DNA of 64,000 nucleotides from Candidatus Aminicenantes bacterium (GTDB lineage Bacteria; Acidobacteriota; Aminicenantia; Aminicenantales; UBA4085): NCBI GenBank assembly GCA_026393855.1, contig JAPKZJ010000065.1, positions 4,560 to 68,559 of the forward strand, read 5' to 3'. Shown piece by piece: positions 58,359 to 64,000 of this stretch (position 1 is its first letter; each line of letters starts with the position of its first letter). The notes under the pieces were generated by a model. It saw only the letters and a program-made list of their open reading frames with translations, ran no database searches and was not told where the DNA came from. The position numbers and the translations under genes were made by a program.

Positions 58359-59123
58359 ATGCTCGAGCTCGGCGGGGTGACCAAGCGATACAATGTTTTT
58401 CCGGCCGTCGACAACGTCAGCTTCGTCGTCAAGCCGGGCGAAGTTCTGGGCTATCTCGGTCCTAACGGGGCCGGCAAGTCGACCACGATCAAGATGCTGG
58501 CCGGTCTGCTCGAGCCCTCGGAGGGCTCGATTCTCTACGACGGCCGGGAGATCCGTAAGGACCTCTACGCTTTCCGCAGCCGCCTGGGGTACATACCCGA
58601 ACAGGCCGAGATTTATCCGCATCTAAGCGGGCTGGATTATCTTCTTCTGGTCGGCCGCCTGCGCGAGATCCCGGAAAGCCGCTTGTTCGCCAAAGCCATG
58701 GGGTTCCTGAAGGTCTTCGGACTGGACGCCGATCGCGACAACGCCGTCGGCGCCTACTCCAAAGGTATGCGGCAAAAGATCCTCATCGCCGCCGCCCTGC
58801 TGCACGACCCGGATGTGCTCCTCCTCGACGAGCCTCTCTCGGGCCTGGACGTGACGACCGGTCTGATCATCCGCGATCTGGTTCTGCGCTTGGCGGGCGA
58901 AGGCAAGATCGTCATCTATTCCTCCCATGTCCTGGAGGTGACCGAGAAGCTCTGCACCAAGGTCATCATTCTGCATAAGGGAAGGGTCGTGGCCGACGAT
59001 TCCGTCGCCGACTTGCGGACGCTGATGAAGCTGCCCTCGCTGGTCGAGATCTTCAGCCAGCTCACGGCCCAGGCCGACACGGACGCCATGGCCCGCGACA
59101 TCATCGCGGTCATGAGAGGCTGA
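58359..59123 (+). CDS. ABC transporter ATP-binding protein
   Basis: GAGGAGG RBS. Walker A GPNGAGKST; signature YSKGMRQK; Walker B LLLDEPLSGLD. Confidence 0.85.
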   Translation: MLELGGVTKRYNVFPAVDNVSFVVKPGEVLGYLGPNGAGKSTTIKMLAGLLEPSEGSILYDGREIRKDLYAFRSRLGYIPEQAEIYPHLSGLDYLLLVGRLREIPESRLFAKAMGFLKVFGLDADRDNAVGAYSKGMRQKILIAAALLHDPDVLLLDEPLSGLDVTTGLIIRDLVLRLAGEGKIVIYSSHVLEVTEKLCTKVIILHKGRVVADDSVADLRTLMKLPSLVEIFSQLTAQADTDAMARDIIAVMRG

Positions 59124-59127
59124 GGCG

Positions 59128-60864
59128 ATGGCCGAAGCCCTGCGGTTCGAGTATTGGGCCGGCCGCCTGCGGGGACGGCCTCGGCAGATTCTCGTCCTGA
59201 CCCGCCATTTTTTCCAGCGCCTGTTTCAGAACGATGTTTTTCCGTTCGCCGAGCAGATGAAAGAAAAAGTCTACGTGCTCCTGGCCATGATCGCGGCCCT
59301 GGGCTGGTTTGTGACCAACAGGCTCTTCATACCATACATTTTTGTCCAAGATCAGGGGCAGTCCTGGCGGGAGAAGCTCGTTTTCCTGACTTTCTTCATG
59401 CTCTTTCTGGCCTTGGCCGTGGTTTTGGAATGGGACGTCCTGTTTCCCGACCTGCGCGATCACCTGAACTTGACACCCCTGCCGGTGAAACCCGAGACGA
59501 TCATCACCTCCAAGTTCGCGGCCTTCGCCCTTTTTGTCGCGATGTATACCGCCGCCGTCTGCTTCTTATCGGTCTTCGGCGTGGCGATTTTCCTGCCGCG
59601 CTGGACCGGTGATTCGTTGCGGAGCCTGGCCGCTTACTGCGTCGCGCATGTGGCGGCGGCCGCAGCCGCCTTCGCCTTCGTTTTTCTTTTCTTTCTTTTC
59701 TTGGAAGCCGTTTTGCTGGCCGTTCTGGGAGCCCGAGTCTTCCGGGCCATATCTCTCGGCTTGCGATTCGTTATGGCGCTGACCGTCATCATGGTCATGG
59801 CCTTGGTTTTGACTGATGCGCGGGCCCTCCAAGCCTTTCTCGACCTCGTCGACCGGACGCGGGAAGTACATCCGCTGGCCCTCCTTTGGTGGCCGCCGGT
59901 TTGGTACGTCTCGATCTACGAAACGCTGATCGGGCGCTCCGACCCGTTCTATGCGGCCGGGGCGAACATCGGGCTGGCGGCCCTGCTTATCCTGGCCGTC
60001 GCTGATCGAATGGCCATGTCCTTCGGTTACCGCCGCCATCTGGCCAAGGCCGGCGAGGTCCGGACGCGGGCGCGAATCTGGCCGGAGGTTCGTCGCGTTT
60101 TGAGTGGAGGGATCGATCGGATGCTCTTTCTGAATCCCGTGGAGAAGGCGGTCTTCCATTTCGTCGGCGGAACGATCCGCCGCAGCGCCCTCCATAAAGT
60201 CCGGCTGGCCGGCTCTCTGGTCGTCTCGTTGGCCGGGCTATTCCTCATCATCGGTCTGCCGCGGACGGACTTGACTAGCCCGCGGACGGCCGGAATCAAC
60301 GTCCTCGGGGCTCCGTTGGTGCTCGGCTTTTTCCTCTTAATGAGTCTGCGGTCGGTTTTTAACGTCCCCTTCGCGGCTGAAGCCAACTGGATCTTTCGGG
60401 CGACCGAACGGGAAGACCGCCGACCGTATTATCTGGCCGTGAAGAAGCTCATCGCGGCTTGTTTCCTCCTGCCCTTTGGTATCTTCACGGGTCTTGTCTA
60501 TGGCCGATTGTGGGGGGCGGGGCCGGCGATCCTGCACGCCCTTTACTCTCTGGCCTGGGCGGCATTATTCACGGAGGTCCTTTTTTGGAAGTACGCCCGC
60601 ATCCCTTTCGCCTGTCATGTCGTCCCGGGCAAGGCGCGGCTTTATTCACGCTGGCTGCCGTATAGCGTGGCTTTCTTCCTAATCTTCGGGCTGTTGACTG
60701 CGCTCGAAACGGCCCTCTTTAAGAGCGTTGGCAAGTTCGTCGTCTGTCTGGCGATGCTGACATCCGTCGCGGCCGGCCTGGAGATCTACCAGCGACAATT
60801 CGTCTACCCGCGGCTTCCTCTCGTTTTTGAAGAGGAGCCCGAGCCGATCATGATTTCTCTTTAA
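59128..60864 (+). CDS. polytopic membrane protein of unknown function, translationally coupled to the ABC ATPase
   Basis: Starts 4 nt after the ATPase stop. About 12 hydrophobic segments. No recognisable family motif. Confidence 0.6.
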   Translation: MAEALRFEYWAGRLRGRPRQILVLTRHFFQRLFQNDVFPFAEQMKEKVYVLLAMIAALGWFVTNRLFIPYIFVQDQGQSWREKLVFLTFFMLFLALAVVLEWDVLFPDLRDHLNLTPLPVKPETIITSKFAAFALFVAMYTAAVCFLSVFGVAIFLPRWTGDSLRSLAAYCVAHVAAAAAAFAFVFLFFLFLEAVLLAVLGARVFRAISLGLRFVMALTVIMVMALVLTDARALQAFLDLVDRTREVHPLALLWWPPVWYVSIYETLIGRSDPFYAAGANIGLAALLILAVADRMAMSFGYRRHLAKAGEVRTRARIWPEVRRVLSGGIDRMLFLNPVEKAVFHFVGGTIRRSALHKVRLAGSLVVSLAGLFLIIGLPRTDLTSPRTAGINVLGAPLVLGFFLLMSLRSVFNVPFAAEANWIFRATEREDRRPYYLAVKKLIAACFLLPFGIFTGLVYGRLWGAGPAILHALYSLAWAALFTEVLFWKYARIPFACHVVPGKARLYSRWLPYSVAFFLIFGLLTALETALFKSVGKFVVCLAMLTSVAAGLEIYQRQFVYPRLPLVFEEEPEPIMISL

Positions 60865-60872
60865 GATTAGGA

Positions 60873-61000
60873 GGGGTCAGATCTCAACATTCAACATTTC
60901 TCCCAAGCTTTCGGCGCCGATTCCGAGCCGTCAGTGCGAGCGGGAAAATTCGTTGTTAATTACAAGAAACCTCGAATGTTGAATGTTGAGACCTGACCCC
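60873..61000. repeat. inverted-repeat element, family B (26-bp arms GGGGTCAGATCTCAACATTCAACATT / AATGTTGAATGTTGAGACCTGACCCC, 76-bp AT-richer loop)
   Basis: The arms are complementary at 25 of 26 positions. They share the GGGGTCAGRTCT termini with the element at 63080..63175. Confidence 0.85.
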
Positions 61001-61053
61001 ATTCATGATATACATGCCCCGATAATCGAATCCCCCGGGTCGGGAGGCATGGC

Positions 61054-62673
61054 ATGATCAATTTCACGCCCATCGATTGGGTCGTCGTCGCCGCGTACTT
61101 CGCGGTCGTTCTGGGCATCTCCTTCTGGAGCTTCAAACAGAAGCAGAAAAACACCGAGGACTACTTCCTGGCCAGCCGCCACGTCGGCTGGTTCGTCGTC
61201 GGCGCTTCGATCTTCGCCTCCAACATCGGGGCCGAGCACATCGTCGGCCTGGCCGGCACGGCCGCGCAGACAGGCGTCGTGATGGGGCATTACGAGCTCC
61301 ATGCCTGGCTGGTCCTGGCCTTGGGCTGGTTCTTCATCCCATTCTATATGCGGAGCAAGGTCTTCACCATGCCGGAGTTTCTGGAGCTCCGGTATTCGCC
61401 CAAGGCCCGCTGGTTTCTTTCGGGCATCACCCTGATCGCCTATGTCTTTACCAAGATTTGCGTCAATGTTTATGCCGGCGCCGTCGTTTTTCAGGCGTTG
61501 ATGGGCATCAGCTTCTGGACGGGCGCCCTGATCATCGTCGTCCTGACCGGCATATACACGGTCCTGGGCGGGATGAAGGCCGTCGTCTATACCGAGGCTC
61601 TACAAACGATCATATTGATCGCCGGCTCTCTCATCGTGACCGTGGCCGGTCTGATCAAGATCGGCGGCTGGTCGGCCTTCGTTCATGCCGCAGGCGCCGA
61701 CCACCTGACTCTCTTCCTGCCGGCCAACCATCCCGAGTTCCCGTGGCCGGGGATGGTCTTTGCGCCGCCCATCGTCGGGCTCTGGTACTGGTGCACCGAC
61801 CAATACATCGTCCAGCGGGCCCTCGCGGCGAGGAATGAGCAGCAAGCCCGGCGGGGGACGATCTTTGCCTCGTTCCTTAAGCTCCTGCCGTTCTACATCT
61901 TCATCCTGCCCGGCGTCATGGCCTACGTTCTGGCCAAGTCCGGCCAGATCACGCTGGCCTCGCCAGACCAAGCCTTCCCGACCATGGTCGCCACCCTCAT
62001 CCCGATCGGCCTGCGCGGCCTGGTCGCCGGCGGCCTGCTGGCGGCGTTGATGAGCTCGTTGGCCTCGACCTTTAACTCCAGCTCGACCTTGTTCACAATG
62101 GATATCTACAAAAAGCGGCATCCGGAGGCCAGCGAAAAGAAGCTGGTCGGGGTCGGGCGGATCGCGACCGTGGTGCTGTGCGCTTCCGGTTTGGCCTGGA
62201 TCCCGCTGATGAAGGCCATCTCCAGCCAGCTCTATCACTACCTCCAGAGCGTCCAGTCTTATATCGCGCCGCCTATTGCGGCCGTCTTCCTGCTCGGCAT
62301 TTTCTGGAAACGGATCAATGGGCCGGCCGCGCTAACGACCCTCATCGGAGGGTTCGTGGTCGGGATGTCTCGCATTTTCCTGGAGCTCAACAAAGCCCAT
62401 CTGAGCGGCTTCTTCAAGGCTTTCGCTTCGATCAACTTCCTCTATTTCTCGATCATCCTGTTCGTCGTCTGCATCGTGGTCATGATCGTGGTCAGTCTGC
62501 TGACCAAGAAGCCGGACTACGAGAAGCTCAACGGCTTGACCTATGCCACGACCGTGGCTAAGGACAAGGCCGCCTCGCGGGCCACTTGGGGCTGGAAGGA
62601 AGTCGTCCTTTCGCTCATCGTCTTGGCTATCGTGGCCTTCTCGCTGATCTATTTCGGCGGCGGCCCCAAATAA
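61054..62673 (+). CDS. sodium:solute symporter (SSS/SGLT family)
   Basis: DYFLASRHVGWFVVGASIFASNIGAEHIVGLAG...MPEFLELRYS...GGMKAVVYTEALQ. About 13-14 TM helices. Confidence 0.85.
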   Translation: MINFTPIDWVVVAAYFAVVLGISFWSFKQKQKNTEDYFLASRHVGWFVVGASIFASNIGAEHIVGLAGTAAQTGVVMGHYELHAWLVLALGWFFIPFYMRSKVFTMPEFLELRYSPKARWFLSGITLIAYVFTKICVNVYAGAVVFQALMGISFWTGALIIVVLTGIYTVLGGMKAVVYTEALQTIILIAGSLIVTVAGLIKIGGWSAFVHAAGADHLTLFLPANHPEFPWPGMVFAPPIVGLWYWCTDQYIVQRALAARNEQQARRGTIFASFLKLLPFYIFILPGVMAYVLAKSGQITLASPDQAFPTMVATLIPIGLRGLVAGGLLAALMSSLASTFNSSSTLFTMDIYKKRHPEASEKKLVGVGRIATVVLCASGLAWIPLMKAISSQLYHYLQSVQSYIAPPIAAVFLLGIFWKRINGPAALTTLIGGFVVGMSRIFLELNKAHLSGFFKAFASINFLYFSIILFVVCIVVMIVVSLLTKKPDYEKLNGLTYATTVAKDKAASRATWGWKEVVLSLIVLAIVAFSLIYFGGGPK

Positions 62674-62698
62674 GGGGTCGCGTCTTGCGTTTTGCGGT

Positions 62699-63082
62699 AT
62701 GGGATTGAGACCGTCCGGTTCGCCGGCGCTGGTTGTCCAGGCATGGACCGCCTCATATCCCTACGCGGTGAGGCTTGAATCCGGCGATCCCGTATGGATC
62801 CTAAAGGCGGATTCTGAATTCCCCGGCTGGCTGTGGTGCCGCGGCCCGGGAGGTGAGGCGGCCTGGATTCCCGAAGCGTTCATCGAGCCCCTATTGGAAT
62901 CCGCCTCGGGAGCGCCGGCGGAGGAGCCCGAGCAAGGCCGCATGCGTCGGGATTATGATTCGACCGAGCTGACCGTCGAGGCGGGGGAGAGGCTAATTTT
63001 ATTGGAAGAGGAATCGGGCTGGATATGGGCCGAAGATTCCCGCGGCAGACGCGGCTGGATTCCGGCCGCCTGCCTAGGGTAG
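62699..63082 (+). CDS. tandem SH3-domain protein
   Basis: Two SH3-like units ending in GEAAWIPEAFIE and GRRGWIPAACLG. The start codon is uncertain (no clear RBS). Confidence 0.55.
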   Translation: MGLRPSGSPALVVQAWTASYPYAVRLESGDPVWILKADSEFPGWLWCRGPGGEAAWIPEAFIEPLLESASGAPAEEPEQGRMRRDYDSTELTVEAGERLILLEEESGWIWAEDSRGRRGWIPAACLG

Positions 63083-63175
63083 GGGTCAGGTCTTAAGATA
63101 TTAGTTATGGCCTTTTTTGATAGTAGTTGCCGTTTTTTGGCGTAAGAAAACTTATAACTTAAGACCTGACCCCTA
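63080..63175. repeat. inverted-repeat element, family B (18-bp perfect arms TAGGGGTCAGGTCTTAAG / CTTAAGACCTGACCCCTA) lying exactly between two convergent stop codons
   Basis: The TAG stop of the SH3 gene (63080-63082) and the TAG stop of hutH (complement of 63173-63175) are the outermost bases of the two arms. The 60-bp AT-rich loop carries T-runs. Confidence 0.85.
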
Positions 63176-64000
63176 TTTAAGGGGGCCGGAGACAGCTTCC
63201 GCGGCACGGACGAAATCGCCGCGGCGGATCATCTCCCGGACCTTCGATACCTCTGGCTTGAGGTACCTATCCGTCGATAGATGCGGGACGGCGGCCCGCA
63301 CCGCGTCATAGACGGCCTCCACTCCTGCGCCCGGCCGCAGCGGCTTGTGGAAGTCCAGCGCCTGGGCCGCCGAAACGATCTCGATGGCCAACACCCACAT
63401 CGAATTCTCCAGGATCTGCCGTGCCTTCCGGCAGGCGATCGTGCCCATCGAGACGTGATCCTCCTGGTTGGCGCTGGTCGGGATGCTGTCCACACTGGCC
63501 GGATGGGCCAGGATCTTGTTCTCCGAAACCAGGCTAGCCGCCGTGTATTGCGAGATCATCAACCCGCTGTGCAGCCCGCCCTGTTCGGCCAGGAAGGCCG
63601 GCAGGCCGCTCAAAGCGGGGTTCAGCATCTGCTCGACCCGCCGCTCGCTGATGGAAGCCAGCTCGGCCGCGGCGATGCCCGCGTAGTCGGCCGCCAGCGC
63701 CAAGGGCTGGCCGTGGAAGTTCCCGCCCGAGATGACCCGGCCTTCCTCCGGGAAAACCAGCGGATTGTCGGTGACCGAGCCCATCTCGACCCGCAGGACT
63801 TCCTCGATGTGGCGGATGGCGTCCCGGCTGGCGCCGTGGACCTGGGGAACGGCCCGCAGTGAATATGCGTCCTGGACCTTGGCGCAGCTTTCGTGAGACA
63901 GTCGGATCTCGGAGTTGCGTAAGAGCGCGCGCATATTGGCGGCCGTTTCGACCGCGCCCGGATGCGGCCGGAGTCCGATGACCGCCTCCTCGAACGGGGC
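63173..64000 (-). CDS. hutH: histidine ammonia-lyase, C-terminal part (5' end beyond window)
   Basis: [18 protein letters not shown]...[13 protein letters not shown]...[13 protein letters not shown]. The frame stays open from 63934 to 64000 ([26 protein letters not shown]), so the gene continues off the window. Confidence 0.85.
   Translation of the reverse strand, partial: APFEEAVIGLRPHPGAVETAANMRALLRNSEIRLSHESCAKVQDAYSLRAVPQVHGASRDAIRHIEEVLRVEMGSVTDNPLVFPEEGRVISGGNFHGQPLALAADYAGIAAAELASISERRVEQMLNPALSGLPAFLAEQGGLHSGLMISQYTAASLVSENKILAHPASVDSIPTSANQEDHVSMGTIACRKARQILENSMWVLAIEIVSAAQALDFHKPLRPGAGVEAVYDAVRAAVPHLSTDRYLKPEVSKVREMIRRGDFVRAAEAVSGPLK

Noticed and set aside
60873-63175. Interpreting the family B elements as the two ends of one composite transposon carrying the symporter and SH3 genes
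   Set aside because: Each element is itself a complete inverted repeat with its own loop. There is no transposase in between, and only one element has a TA/TA flank. Independent MITE- or REP-like hairpins are more parsimonious. Reported as a finding, not as a mobile element.

Overview
High-GC bacterial chromosomal segment, densely coding on both strands. I saw no rRNA, CRISPR array, transposase or integrase. GC content and lineage were judged by eye only; the gene content suggests an uncultivated Acidobacteriota- or Aminicenantes-like bacterium, but that is a guess.

Left edge: a minus-strand ORF of more than 1690 codons (1..5084) encodes a cyclic beta-1,2-glucan synthase-like enzyme. It is absent from the supplied ORF track because its stop codon lies outside the window. 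Tandem-Usp and RNase II-family genes lie immediately upstream of it, on the same strand.

Middle: lower-GC secreted and membrane proteins, two DPP-IV-type S9 peptidase paralogs, and a histidine kinase-receiver-HD-GYP fusion. Also a TrpB-like enzyme, an AlkD-like protein, a C69 peptidase, a Zn-finger thioredoxin, and the conserved gap-pgk-tpiA-secG-tRNA-Leu(GAG) cluster. Further on are a retropepsin/PDZ lipoprotein, an RluA-family synthase, nnr-tsaE, apt plus a purine permease, and a GH3 hydrolase.

Most notable is a tight 10-gene operon (37128..45249). An Isp-type [NiFe] hydrogenase (small subunit, isp1, isp2, large subunit, endopeptidase) is preceded by TusA, two DsrE-family proteins and a GcvH-like lipoate-binding protein, and followed by a lipoate-protein ligase. 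This looks like a hydrogenase coupled to a sulfur-relay or lipoyl-carrier module, a combination I do not recognise as described.

Next to it are two large secreted proteins that share a near-identical, probably leaderless, promoter and signal-peptide module. One carries PKD and PLAT domains and the other a zinc phospholipase-C-like domain; together they resemble a split alpha-toxin.

Right part: a large GH13-like protein, ybaK, a BNR/Asp-box protein, an ABC ATPase with a polytopic membrane protein, a sodium:solute symporter, an SH3 protein and hutH (partial, runs off the window).

Two families of intergenic palindromic repeats are present. Many long antisense ORFs in the track are high-GC artefacts. 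The track also counts GTG as a start (labelled M), so several listed N-termini are too long.
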